Assembly: GCA_032718475.1 (NCBI GenBank)
Contig: JAUCBJ010005396.1
Span: 1 to 53,800 of the forward strand
Length of the DNA: 53,800 nucleotides
Source of the DNA: Nemertoderma westbladi
Lineage: Eukaryota; Animalia; Xenacoelomorpha
Reading direction: 5' to 3'
Under the pieces are notes generated by a model, which made no database searches, was not told the DNA's origin, and saw only the letters and a program-made list of their open reading frames with translations. The translations under genes were made by a program, and so were the position numbers. Positions within the stretch are counted from its first letter, which is position 1; each line of letters starts with the position of its first letter. This document shows positions 22,501 through 35,800 of this stretch, in pieces.

Positions 22501-25500
22501 TAGTTCAGCTATCTTTAGTTGACTGTAATAGTCCCTTCGTTTAGCTATCTTTAGTTGACTGTAATAGTCCCTTTAGTTCAGCTATCTTTAGTTGACTGTA
22601 ATAGTCCCTTTAGTTCAGCTATCTTTAGTTGACTGTAATAGTCCCTTAGTTTAGCTATCTTTACTTGACTGTAATAGTCCCTTTAGTTCAGCTATCTTTA
22701 GTTGACTGTAATAGTCCCTTAGTTCAGCTATCTTTAGTTGACTGTAATAGTCCCTTTAGTTCAGCCATCTTTAGCTGACTGTAATAGTAGTCCCTTTAGT
22801 TCAGATATCTTTAGTTGACTGTAATAGTCCCTTTAGTTCAGCTATCTTTAGTTGACTGTAATAGTCCCTTCGTTTAGCTATCTTTAGTTGACTGTAATAG
22901 TCCCTTTAGTTCAGCTATCTTTAGTTGACTGTAATAGTCCATTTAGTTCAGATATCTTTAGTTGACTGTAATAGTCCCTTTAGTTCAGCTATCTTTAGTT
23001 GACTGTAATAGTCCCTTTAGTTCAGCCATCTTTAGTTGACTGTAATAGTAGTCCCTTTAGTTCAGATATCTTTAGTTGACTGTAATAGTCCCTTTAGTTC
23101 AGCTATCTTTAGTTGACTGTAATAGTCCCTTAGTTTAGCTATCTTTAGTTGACTGTAATAGTCCCTTTAGTTCAGCCATCTTTAGTTGACTGTAATAGTC
23201 CCTTAGTTTAGCTATCTTTAGTTGACTGTAATAGTCCCTTAGTTTAGCTATCTTTAGTTGACTGTAATAGTCCCTTTAGTTCAGCCATCTTTAGTTGACT
23301 GTAATAGTAGTCCCTTTAGTTCAGATATCTTTAGTTGACTGTAATAGTCCCTTAGTTTAGCTATCTTTAGTTGACTGTAATAGTCCCTTTAGTTCAGCTA
23401 TCTTTAGTTGACTGTAATAGTCCCTTAGTTTAGCTATCTTTAGTTGACTGTAATAGTCCCTTTAGTTCAGCCATCTTTAGTTGACTGTAATAGTCCCTTA
23501 GTTCAGCTATCTTTAGTTGACTGTAATAGTCCCTTAGTTTAGCTATCTTTAGTTGACTGTAATAGTCCCTTTAGTTCAGCCATCTTTAGTTGACTGTAAT
23601 AGTAGTCCCTTTAGTTCAGATATCTTTAGTTGACTGTAATAGTCCCTTTAGTTCAGCTATCTTTAGTTGACTGTAATAGTCCCTTAGTTTAGCTATCTTT
23701 AGTTGACTGTAATAGTCCCTTTAGTTCAGCTATCTTTAGTTGACTGTAGTAGTCCCTTTAGTTCAGCTATCTTTAGTTGACTGTAATAGTCCCTTAGTTT
23801 AGCTATCTTTAGTTGACTGTAATAGTCCCTTTAGTTCAGCCATCTTTAGTTGACTGTAATAGTAGTCCCTTTAGTTCAGATATCTTTAGTTGACTGTAAT
23901 AGTCCCTTTAGTTCAGCTATCTTTAGTTGACTGTAATAGTCCCTTTAGTTCAGCTATCTTTAGTTGACTGTAGTAGTCCCTTTAGTTCAGCTATCTTTAG
24001 TTGACTGTAATAGTCCCTTAGTTTAGCTATCTTTAGTTGACTGTAGTAGTCCATTTAGTTCAGATATCTTTAGTTGACTGTAATAGTCCCTTTAGTTCAG
24101 CCATCTTTAGTTGACTGTAATAGTAGTCCCTTTAGTTCAGATATCTTTAGTTGACTGTAATAGTCCCTTTAGTTCAGCTATCTTTAGTTGACTGTAATAG
24201 TCCCTTAGTTTAGCTATCTTTAGTTGACTGTAATAGTCCCTTTAGTTTAGCTATCTTTAGTTGACTGTAATAGTCCCTTTAGTTCAGCCATCTTTAGTTG
24301 ACTGTAATAGTAGTCCCTTTAGTTCAGATATCTTTAGTTGACTGTAATAGTCCCTTTAGTTCAGCTATCTTTAGTTGACTGTAATAGTCCCTTAGTTTAG
24401 CTATCTTTAGTTGACTGTAATAGTCCCTTTAGTTCAGCCATCTTTAGTTGACTGTAATAGTCCCTTAGTTTAGCTATCTTTAGTTGACTGTAATAGTCCC
24501 TTAGTTTAGCTATCTTTAGTTGACTGTAATAGTCCCTTTAGTTCAGCCATCTTTAGTTGACTGTAATAGTAGTCCCTTTAGTTCAGATATCTTTAGTTGA
24601 CTGTAATAGTCCCTTAGTTTAGCTATCTTTAGTTGACTGTAATAGTCCCTTTAGTTCAGCTATCTTTAGTTGACTGTAATAGTCCCTTAGTTTAGCTATC
24701 TTTAGTTGACTGTAATAGTCCCTTTAGTTCAGCCATCTTTAGTTGACTGTAATAGTCCCTTAGTTCAGCTATCTTTAGTTGACTGTAATAGTCCCTTAGT
24801 TTAGCTATCTTTAGTTGACTGTAATAGTCCCTTTAGTTCAGCCATCTTTAGTTGACTGTAATAGTAGTCCCTTTAGTTCAGATATCTTTAGTTGACTGTA
24901 ATAGTCCCTTTAGTTCAGCTATCTTTAGTTGACTGTAATAGTCCCTTAGTTTAGCTATCTTTAGTTGACTGTAATAGTCCCTTTAGTTCAGCTATCTTTA
25001 GTTGACTGTAATAGTCCCTTTAGTTCAGCTATCTTTAGAAGACTGTAGTAGTCCCTTAGTTCAGCTATCTTTAGTTGACTGTAATAGTCCCCTTAGTTTA
25101 GCTATCTTTAGTTGACTGTAATAGTCCCTTTAGTTCAGCTATCTTTAGTTGACTGTAGTAGTCCCTTTAGTTCAGCTATCTTTAGTTGACTGTAATAGTC
25201 CCTTAGTTTAGCTATCTTTAGTTGACTGTAGTAGTCCCTTAGTTCAGCTATCTTTAGTTGACTGTAATAGTCCCCTTAGTTTAGCTATCTTTAGTTGACT
25301 GTAATAGTCCCTTTAGTTCAGTTGTCTTTAGTTGACTGTAATAGTCAATTTATTTCAGCTATCTTTAGTTGACTGTAATAGTCCCTTTAGTTCAGCTATC
25401 TTTAGTTGACTGTAATAGTCCCTTAGTTTAGCTATCTTTAGTTGACTGTAATAGTCCCTTTAGTTCAGCTATCTTTAGTTGACTGTAATAGTCCCTTTAG

Positions 25501-26084
25501 TTCAGCTATCTTTAGTTGACTGTAATAGTCCCTTAGTTTAGCTATCTTTAGTTGACTGTAATAGTCCCTTTAGTTCAGCTATCTTTAGTTGACTGTAATA
25601 GTCCCTTTAGTTCAGCTATCTTTAGTTGACTGTAATAGTCCCTTCGTTTAGCTATCTTTAGTTGACTGTAATAGTCCCTTTAGTTCAGCTATCTTTAGTT
25701 GACTGTAATAGTCCCTTTAGTTCAGCTATCTTTAGTTGACTGTAATAGTCCCTTAGTTTAGCTATCTTTACTTGACTGTAATAGTCCCTTTAGTTCAGCT
25801 ATCTTTAGTTGACTGTAATAGTCCCTTAGTTCAGCTATCTTTAGTTGACTGTAATAGTCCCTTTAGTTCAGCCATCTTTAGCTGACTGTAATAGTAGTCC
25901 CTTTAGTTCAGATATCTTTAGTTGACTGTAATAGTCCCTTAGTTCAGCTATCTTTAGTTGACTGTAATAGTCCCTTTAGTTCAGCCATCTTTAGTTGACT
26001 GTAATAGTAGTCCCTTTAGTTCAGATATCTTTAGTTGACTGTAATAGTCCCTTAGTTCAGCTATCTTTAGTTGACTGTAATAGT
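13569..26084. repeat. 36/37-bp satellite array, left segment; consensus CTTTAGTTGACTGTAATAGTCCCTTTAGTTCAGCTAT
   Basis: Continuous head-to-tail units with no spacers. Variants include a 36-bp CCCTT form and a +3-bp TAGTAG form. Confidence 0.99.
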
Positions 26085-26808
26085 TGACTGATTGCGCCCT
26101 AATGTGTTTCTGTATGGTGTTGCTATTGAAATTGTAAATAAATTCAATTATTTAGGCCATATTTTACATTGTACAATGGATGATGACTATGATATTCTTA
26201 ACCAAACTTGTAAGTTATATTCTAGAGCTAATTTTATTATTAGGAAATTTAGCGGCTGTGCAAATAATGTAAAAGTGCAATTGTTCCGTGCATTCTGTAC
26301 GCCGATTTATTGTAATGCCTTATGGGCTAGGCGTAATTACTCAGATCGTATCCACAGTAAACTTAAAGTAGCCTATAATAATTGCGCAAGGCGATTATTT
26401 GGGTTACCAAGAGTTACTGATGGACAGACATCGAGTATTTCACTAGCGCTCGGTATGTTGAATATACCATTATTTATACATATCAGATATAGATCAGTAA
26501 TCAGTCTATTTGATCGTATAAACAAGATAGATAATACACTATTGCAAGCATTAAATACGGCAGTAGTTAAGATATCACGAATACGTGAAATGAAAGACCC
26601 TGTATTTCTAACCTAAATGTGTATAATCGCGAACAATATGAGTAAATAGTTATTGTTTTTCTTCTTTTTTCTTTTTTCTTTTTAATAATATATTCATAGA
26701 AGTTAGTTACCATGTTGTATGATATATATATTTTGTGATCATATATATTAAATAATTTTACTATGTGCAATTGCATGAAATAAAGAATATAATAATAATA
26801 ATATATAA
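26085..26808 (+). mobile_element. Young 5'-truncated LINE insertion inside the satellite
   Basis: RT thumb/C-terminal coding sequence, AT-rich 3' UTR, AATAAA at 26779-26784 and a (TAA)n-like tail. Flanked by direct TAATAGT at 26078-26084 and 26809-26815. Confidence 0.92.
26092..26616 (+). pseudogene. C-terminal 174 codons of a LINE RT ORF (no true start codon; truncated)
   Basis: IEIVNKFNYLGHIL...DDDYDI...KLYSRANFIIRKF...VKVQLFRAFCTPIYCNALW...LKVAYNN. Stop-free; the track's start is TTG at the junction. Confidence 0.85.
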
Positions 26809-29800
26809 TAATAGTCCCTTAGTTTAGCTATCTTTAGTTGACTGTAATAGTCCCTTTAGTTCAGCTATCTTTAGTTGACTGTAATAGTCCATTTAGTTCA
26901 GATATCTTTAGTTGACTGTAATAGTCCCTTTAGTTCAGCTATCTTTAGTTGACTGTAATAGTCCCTTTAGTTCAGCCATCTTTAGTTGACTGTAATAGTA
27001 GTCCCTTTAGTTCAGATATCTTTAGTTGACTGTAATAGTCCCTTTAGTTCAGCTATCTTTAGTTGACTGTAATAGTCCCTTAGTTTAGCTATCTTTAGTT
27101 GACTGTAATAGTCCCTTTAGTTCAGCCATCTTTAGTTGACTGTAATAGTCCCTTAGTTTAGCTATCTTTAGTTGACTGTAATAGTCCCTTAGTTTAGCTA
27201 TCTTTAGTTGACTGTAATAGTCCCTTTAGTTCAGCCATCTTTAGTTGACTGTAATAGTAGTCCCTTTAGTTCAGATATCTTTAGTTGACTGTAATAGTCC
27301 CTTAGTTTAGCTATCTTTAGTTGACTGTAATAGTCCCTTTAGTTCAGCTATCTTTAGTTGACTGTAATAGTCCCTTAGTTTAGCTATCTTTAGTTGACTG
27401 TAATAGTCCCTTTAGTTCAGCCATCTTTAGTTGACTGTAATAGTCCCTTAGTTCAGCTATCTTTAGTTGACTGTAATAGTCCCTTAGTTTAGCTATCTTT
27501 AGTTGACTGTAATAGTCCCTTTAGTTCAGCCATCTTTAGTTGACTGTAATAGTAGTCCCTTTAGTTCAGATATCTTTAGTTGACTGTAATAGTCCCTTTA
27601 GTTCAGCTATCTTTAGTTGACTGTAATAGTCCCTTAGTTTAGCTATCTTTAGTTGACTGTAATAGTCCCTTTAGTTCAGCTATCTTTAGTTGACTGTAGT
27701 AGTCCCTTTAGTTCAGCTATCTTTAGTTGACTGTAATAGTCCCTTAGTTTAGCTATCTTTAGTTGACTGTAATAGTCCCTTTAGTTCAGCCATCTTTAGT
27801 TGACTGTAATAGTAGTCCCTTTAGTTCAGATATCTTTAGTTGACTGTAATAGTCCCTTTAGTTCAGCTATCTTTAGTTGACTGTAATAGTCCCTTTAGTT
27901 CAGCTATCTTTAGTTGACTGTAGTAGTCCCTTTAGTTCAGCTATCTTTAGTTGACTGTAATAGTCCCTTAGTTTAGCTATCTTTAGTTGACTGTAGTAGT
28001 CCATTTAGTTCAGATATCTTTAGTTGACTGTAATAGTCCCTTTAGTTCAGCCATCTTTAGTTGACTGTAATAGTAGTCCCTTTAGTTCAGATATCTTTAG
28101 TTGACTGTAATAGTCCCTTTAGTTCAGCTATCTTTAGTTGACTGTAATAGTCCCTTAGTTTAGCTATCTTTAGTTGACTGTAATAGTCCCTTTAGTTTAG
28201 CTATCTTTAGTTGACTGTAATAGTCCCTTTAGTTCAGCTATCTTTAGTTGACTGTAATAGTCCCTTAGTTCAGCTATCTTTAGTTGACTGTAGTAGTCCC
28301 TTTAGTTCAGCTATCTTTAGTTTACTGTAATAGTAGTCCCTTTAGTTCAGATATCTTTAGTTGACTGTAATAGTCCCTTAGTTCAGCTATCTTTAGTTGA
28401 CTGTAATAGTCCCTTAGTTTAGCTATCTTTAGTTGACTGTAATAGTCCCTTTAGTTCAGATATCTTTAGTTGACTGTAATAGTCCCTTTAGTTCAGCTAT
28501 CTTTAGTTTACTGTAATAGTCCCTTAGTTTAGCTATCTTTAGTTGACTGTAATAGTCCCTTTAGTTCAGCTATCTTTAGTTGACTGTAATAGTCCCTTAG
28601 TTTAGCTATCTTTAGTTGACTGTAATAGTCCCTTTAGTTCAGCTATCTTTAGTTGACTGTAATAGTCCCTTTAGTTCAGCTATCTTTAGTTGACTGTAAT
28701 AGTCCCTTTAGTTCAGCTATCTTTAGTTGACTGTAATAGTCCCTTTAGTTCAGATATCTTTAGTTGACTGTAATAGTCCCTTTAGTTCAGCTATCTTTAG
28801 TTGACTGTAATAGTCCCTTTAGTTCAGCTATCTTTAGTTGACTGTAATAGTCCCTTTAGTTTAGCTATCTTTAGTTGACTGTAATAGTCCCTTTAGTTCA
28901 GCTATCTTTAGTTGACTGTAATAGTCCCTTTAGTTCAGATATCTTTAGTTGACTGTAATAGTCCCTTTAGTTCAGCTATCTTTAGTTGACTGTAATAGTC
29001 CCTTTAGTTCAGCTATCTTTAGTTGACTGTAATAGTCCCTTTAGTTCAGCTATCTTTAGTTGACTGTAATAGTCCCTTTAGTTCAGCTATCTTTAGTTGA
29101 CTGTAATAGTCCCTTTAGTTCAGATATCTTTAGTTGACTGTAATAGTCCCTTTAGTTTAGCTATCTTTAGTTGACTGTAATAGTCCCTTTAGTTCAGCTA
29201 TCTTTAGTTGACTGTAATAGTCCCTTTAGTTCAGATATCTTTAGTTGACTGTAATAGTCCCTTAGTTCAGCTATCTTTAGTTGACTGTAGTAGTCCCTTT
29301 AGTTCAGCTATCTTTAGTTTACTGTAATAGTAGTCCCTTTAGTTCAGATATCTTTAGTTGACTGTAATAGTCCCTTAGTTCAGCTATCTTTAGTTGACTG
29401 TAATAGTCCCTTAGTTTAGCTATCTTTAGTTGACTGTAATAGTCCCTTTAGTTCAGATATCTTTAGTTGACTGTAATAGTCCCTTTAGTTCAGCTATCTT
29501 TAGTTTACTGTAATAGTCCCTTTAGTTCAGATATCTTTAGTTGACTGTAATAGTCCCTTTAGTTCAGCTATCTTTAGTTTACTGTAATAGTCCCTTAGTT
29601 TAGCTATCTTTAGTTGACTGTAATAGTCCCTTTAGTTCAGCTATCTTTAGTTGACTGTAATAGTCCCTTAGTTTAGCTATCTTTAGTTGACTGTAATAGT
29701 CCCTTTAGTTCAGCTATCTTTAGTTGACTGTAATAGTCCCTTTAGTTCAGCTATCTTTAGTTGACTGTAATAGTCCCTTTAGTTCAGCTATCTTTAGTTG

Positions 29801-32800
29801 ACTGTAATAGTCCCTTTAGTTCAGATATCTTTAGTTGACTGTAATAGTCCCTTTAGTTCAGCTATCTTTAGTTGACTGTAATAGTCCCTTTAGTTCAGCT
29901 ATCTTTAGTTGACTGTAATAGTCCCTTTAGTTTAGCTATCTTTAGTTGACTGTAATAGTCCCTTTAGTTCAGCTATCTTTAGTTGACTGTAATAGTCCCT
30001 TTAGTTCAGATATCTTTAGTTGACTGTAATAGTCCCTTTAGTTCAGCTATCTTTAGTTGACTGTAATAGTCCCTTTAGTTCAGCTATCTTTAGTTGACTG
30101 TAATAGTCCCTTTAGTTCAGCTATCTTTAGTTGACTGTAATAGTCCCTTTAGTTCAGCTATCTTTAGTTGACTGTAATAGTCCCTTTAGTTCAGCTATCT
30201 TTAGTTGACTGTAATAGTCCCTTTAGTTCAGATATCTTTAGTTGACTGTAATAGTCCCTTAGTTCAGCTATCTTTAGTTGACTGTAGTAGTCCCTTTAGT
30301 TCAGCTATCTTTAGTTTACTGTAATAGTAGTCCCTTTAGTTCAGATATCTTTAGTTGACTGTAATAGTCCCTTAGTTCAGCTATCTTTAGTTGACTGTAA
30401 TAGTCCCTTAGTTTAGCTATCTTTAGTTGACTGTAATAGTCCCTTTAGTTCAGATATCTTTAGTTGACTGTAATAGTCCCTTTAGTTCAGCTATCTTTAG
30501 TTTACTGTAATAGTCCCTTAGTTTAGCTATCTTTAGTTGACTGTAATAGTCCCTTTAGTTCAGCTATCTTTAGTTGACTGTAATAGTCCCTTTAGTTCAG
30601 ATATCTTTAGTTGACTGTAATAGTCCCTTTAGTTCAGCTATCTTTAGTTGACTGTAATAGTCCCTTTAGTTTAGCTATCTTTAGTTGACTGTAATAGTCC
30701 CTTTAGTTCAGCGATCTTTAGTTGACTGTAGTAGTCCCTTTAGTTCAGCTATCTTTAGTTGACTGTAATAGTCCCTTAGTTTAGCTATCTTTAGTTGACT
30801 GTAATAGTCCCTTAGTTCAGCTATCTTTAGTTGACTGTAATAGTCCCTTTAGTTCATCTATCTTTAGTTGACTGTAATAGTAGTCCCTTTAGTTCAGCTA
30901 TCTTTAGTTGACTGTAATAGTCCCTTAGTTTAGCTATCTTTAGTTGACTGTAATAGTCCCTTTAGTTCAGCTATCTTTAGTTGACTGTAGTAGTCCCTTT
31001 AGTTCAGCTATCTTAAGTTGACTGTAATAGTCCCTTTAGTTCAGCGATCTTTAGTTGACTGTAGTAGTCCCTTTAGTTCAGCTATCTTTAGTTGACTGTA
31101 ATAGTCCCTTAGTTTAGCTATCTTTAGTTGACTGTAATAGTCCCTTTAGTTCAGCTATCTTTAGTTGACTGTAATAGTCCCTTAGTTTAGCTATCTTTAG
31201 TTGACTGTAATAGTCCCTTTAGTTCAGCTATCTTTAGTTGACTGTAATAGTCCCTTAGTTTAGCTATCTTTAGTTGACTGTAATAGTCCCTTTAGTTCAG
31301 CTATCTTTAGTTGACTGTAATAGTCCCTTAGTTTAGCTATCTTTAGTTGACTGTAATAGTCCCTTTAGTTCAGCTATCTTTAGTTGACTGTATTAGTCCC
31401 TTAGTTCAGCTATCTTTAGTTGACTGTAATAGCCCTTAGTTCAGCTATCTTTAGCTGACTGTAATAGTCCCTTTAGTTCAGATATCTTTAGTTGACTGTA
31501 ATAGTCCCTTAGTTCAGCTATCTTTAGTTGACTGTAATAGTCCCTTTAGTTCAGCCATCTTTAGTTGACTGTAATAGTAGTCCCTTTAGTTCAGATATCT
31601 TTAGTTGACTGTAATAGTCCCTTAGTTCAGCTATCTTTAGTTGACTGTAATAGTCCCTTTAGTTCAGCCATCTTTAGTTGACTGTAATAGTAGTCCCTTT
31701 AGTTCAGCTATCTTTAGTTGACTGTAATAGTCCCTTTAGTTCAGCTATCTTTAGTTGACTGTAATAGTCCCTTAGTTTAGCTATCTTTAGTTGACTGTAA
31801 TAGTCCCTTTAGTTCAGCTATCTTTAGTTGACTGTAATAGTAGTCCCTTTAGTTCAGCTATCTTTAGTTGACTGTAATAGTAGTCCCTTAGTTTAGCTAT
31901 CTTTAGTTGACTGTAATAGTCCCTTTAGTTCAGCTATCTTTAGTTGACTGTAATAGTCCCTTAGTTCAGCTATCTTTAGTTGACTGTAATAGTCAATTTA
32001 GTTCAGCTATCTTTAGTTGACTGTAATAGTCCCTTTAGTTCAGCTATCTTTAGTTGACTGTAATAGTCGTCCCTTTAGTTCAGCTATCTTTAGTTTACTG
32101 TAATAGTCCCTTAGTTCAGCTATCTTTAGTTGACTGTAATAGTCCCTTTAGTTCAGCTATCTTTAGTTGACTGTAATAGTAGTCCCTTTAGTTCAGCTAT
32201 CTTTAGTTGACTGTAATAGTCCCTTAGTTTAGCTATCTTTAGTTGACTGTAATAGTCCCTTTAGTTCAGCTATCTTTAGTTGACTGTAATAGTCCCTTTA
32301 GTTCAGCTATCTTTAGTTGACTAATAGTCGTCCCTTTAGTTCAGCTATCTTTAGTTTACTGTAATAGTCCCTTAGTTCAGCTATCTTTAGTTGACTGTAA
32401 TAGTCCCTTTAGTTCAGCTATCTTTAGTTGATTGTAATAGTAGTCCCTTTAGTTCAGCTATCTTTAGTTGACTGTAATAGTAGTCCCTTAGTTTAGCTAT
32501 CTTTAGTTGACTGTAATAGTCCCTTTAGTTCAGCTATCTTTAGTTGACTGTAATAGTCCCTTAGTTCAGCTATCTTTAGTTGACTGTAATAGTCAATTTA
32601 GTTCAGCTATCTTTAGTTGACTGTAATAGTCCATTTAGTTCAGCTATCTTTAGTTGACTGTAATAGTCCCTTTAGTTCAGCTATCTTTAGTTGACTGTAG
32701 TAGTCCCTTTAGTTCAGCTATCTTTAGTTGACTGTAATAGTCCCTTAGTTTAGCTATCTTTAGTTGACTGTAATAGTCCCTTTAGTTCAGCTATCTTTAG

Positions 32801-35800
32801 TTGACTGTAATAGTCCCTTTAGTTCAGCTATCTTTAGTTGACTGTAGTAGTCCCTTAGTTCAGCTATCTTTAGTTGACTGTAATAGTCCCCTTAGTTTAG
32901 CTATCTTTAGTTGACTGTAATAGTCCCTTTAGTTCAGCTATCTTTAGTTGACTGTAGTAGTCCCTTTAGTTCAGCTATCTTTAGTTGACTGTAATAGTCC
33001 CTTAGTTTAGCTATCTTTAGTTGACTGTAGTAGTCCCTTAGTTCAGCTATCTTTAGTTGACTGTAATAGTCCCCTTAGTTTAGCTATCTTTAGTTGACTG
33101 TAATAGTCCCTTTAGTTCAGTTGTCTTTAGTTGACTGTAATAGTCAATTTATTTCAGCTATCTTTAGTTGACTGTAATAGTCCATTTAGTTTAGCTATCT
33201 TTAGTTGACTGTAATAGTCCCTTTAGTTCAGCTATCTTTAGTTGACTGTAGTAGTCCCTTTAGTTCAGCTATCTTTAGTTGACTGTAATAGTCCATTTAG
33301 TTCAGCTATCTTTAGTTGACTGTAATAGTCCCTTTAGTTCAGCTATCTTTAGTTGACTGTAATAGTCCCTTAGTTTAGCTATCTTTAGTTGACTGTAATA
33401 GTCCCTTTAGTTCAGCTATCTTTAGTTGACTGTAATAGTCCCTTTAGTTCAGCTATCTTTAGTTGACTGTAGTAGTCCCTTTAGTTCAGCTATCTTTAGT
33501 TGACTGTAATAGTCCCTTAGTTTAGCTATCTTTAGTTGACTGTAATAGTCCCTTTAGTTCAGCTATCTTTAGTTGACTGTAATAGTCCCTTAGTTTAGCT
33601 ATCTTTAGTTGACTGTAATAGTCCCTTTAGTTCAGCTATCTTTAGTTGACTGTAATAGTCCCTTTAGTTCAGCTATCTTTAGTTGACTGTAATAGTCCCT
33701 TTAGTTCAGCTATCTTTAGTTGACTGTAATAGTCCCTTAGTTTAGCTATCTTTAGTTGACTGTAATAGTCCCTTTAGTTCAGCTATCTTTAGTTGACTGT
33801 AATAGTCCCTTAGTTTAGCTATCTTTAGTTGACTGTAATAGTCCCTTTAGTTCAGCTATCTTTAGTTGACTGTAATAGTCCCTTCGTTTAGCTATCTTTA
33901 GTTGACTGTAATAGTCCCTTTAGTTCAGCTATCTTTAGTTGACTGTAATAGTCCCTTTAGTTCAGCTATCTTTAGTTGACTGTAATAGTCCCTTAGTTTA
34001 GCTATCTTTACTTGACTGTAATAGTCCCTTTAGTTCAGCTATCTTTAGTTGACTGTAATAGTCCCTTTAGTTCAGCTATCTTTAGTTGACTGTAATAGTC
34101 CATTTAGTTCAGCTATCTTTAGTTGACTGTAATAGTCCCTTTAGTTCAGCTATCTTTAGTTGACTGTAGTAGTCCCTTTAGTTCAGCTATCTTTAGTTGA
34201 CTGTAATAGTCCCTTTAGTTCAGCCATCTTTAGCTGACTGTAATAGTAGTCCCTTTAGTTCAGATATCTTTAGTTGACTGTAATAGTCCCTTAGTTCAGC
34301 TATCTTTAGTTGACTGTAATAGTCCCTTTAGTTCAGCCATCTTTAGTTGACTGTAATAGTAGTCCCTTTAGTTCAGATATCTTTAGTTTACTGTAATAGT
34401 CCCTTTAGTTCAGCTATCTTTAGTTGACTGTAATAGTCCCTTTAGTTCAGATATCTTTAGTTGACTGTAATAGTCCCTTTAGTTCAGCTATCTTTAGTTG
34501 ACTGTAATAGTCCCTTAGTTTAGCTATCTTTAGTTGACTGTAATAGTCCCTTTAGTTCAGATATCTTTAGTTGACTGTAATAGTCCCTTTAGTTCAGCTA
34601 TCTTTAGTTGACTGTAATAGTCCCTTTAGTTCAGCCATCTTTAGTTGACTGTAATAGTAGTCCCTTTAGTTCAGATATCTTTAGTTGACTGTAATAGTCC
34701 CTTAGTTTAGCTATCTTTAGTTGACTGTAATAGTCCCTTTAGTTCAGATATCTTTAGTTGACTGTAATAGTCCCTTTAGTTCAGCCATCTTTAGTTGACT
34801 GTAATAGTAGTCCCTTTAGTTCAGATATCTTTAGTTGACTGTAATAGTCCCTTAGTTCAGCTATCTTTAGTTGACTGTAATAGTCCCTTAGTTTAGCTAT
34901 CTTTAGTTGACTGTAATAGTCCCTTAGTTCAGCTATCTTTAGTTGACTGTAGTAGTCCCTTTAGTTCAGCTATCTTTAGTTTACTGTAATAGTAGTCCCT
35001 TTAGTTCAGATATCTTTAGTTGACTGTAATAGTCCCTTAGTTCAGCTATCTTTAGTTGACTGTAATAGTCCCTTTAGTTCAGCCATCTTTAGTTGACTGT
35101 AATAGTAGTCCCTTTAGTTCAGATATCTTTAGTTGACTGTAATAGTCCCTTAGTTCAGCTATCTTTAGTTGACTGTAATAGTCCCTTTAGTTCAGCTATC
35201 TTTAGTTGACTGTAATAGTCCCTTAGTTTAGCTATCTTTAGTTGACTGTAATAGTCCATTTAGTTCAGCTATCTTAAGTTGACTGTAATAGTCCCTTTAG
35301 TTCAGCGATCTTTAGTTGACTGTAATAGTCCCTTAGTTTAGCTATCTTTAGTTGACTGTAATAGTCCCTTTAGTTCAGCTATCTTTAGTTGACTGTAGTA
35401 GTCCATTTAGTTCAGCTATCTTTAGTTGACTGTAATAGTCCCTTAGTTTAGCTATCTTTAGTTGACTGTAATAGTCCCTTTAGTTCAGCTATCTTTAGTT
35501 GACTGTAATAGTCCCTTAGTTCAGCTATCTTTAGTTGACTGTAATAGTCCCTTTAGTTCATCTATCTTTAGTTGACTGTAATAGTAGTCCCTTTAGTTCA
35601 GCTATCTTTAGTTGACTGTAATAGTCCCTTAGTTTAGCTATCTTTAGTTGACTGTAATAGTAGTCCCTTTAGTTCAGCTATCTTTAGTTGACTGTAATAG
35701 CCCTTAGTTCAGCTATCTTTAGCTGACTGTAATAGTCCCTTTAGTTCAGATATCTTTAGTTGACTGTAATAGTAGTCCCTTTAGTTCAGCTATCTTTAGT

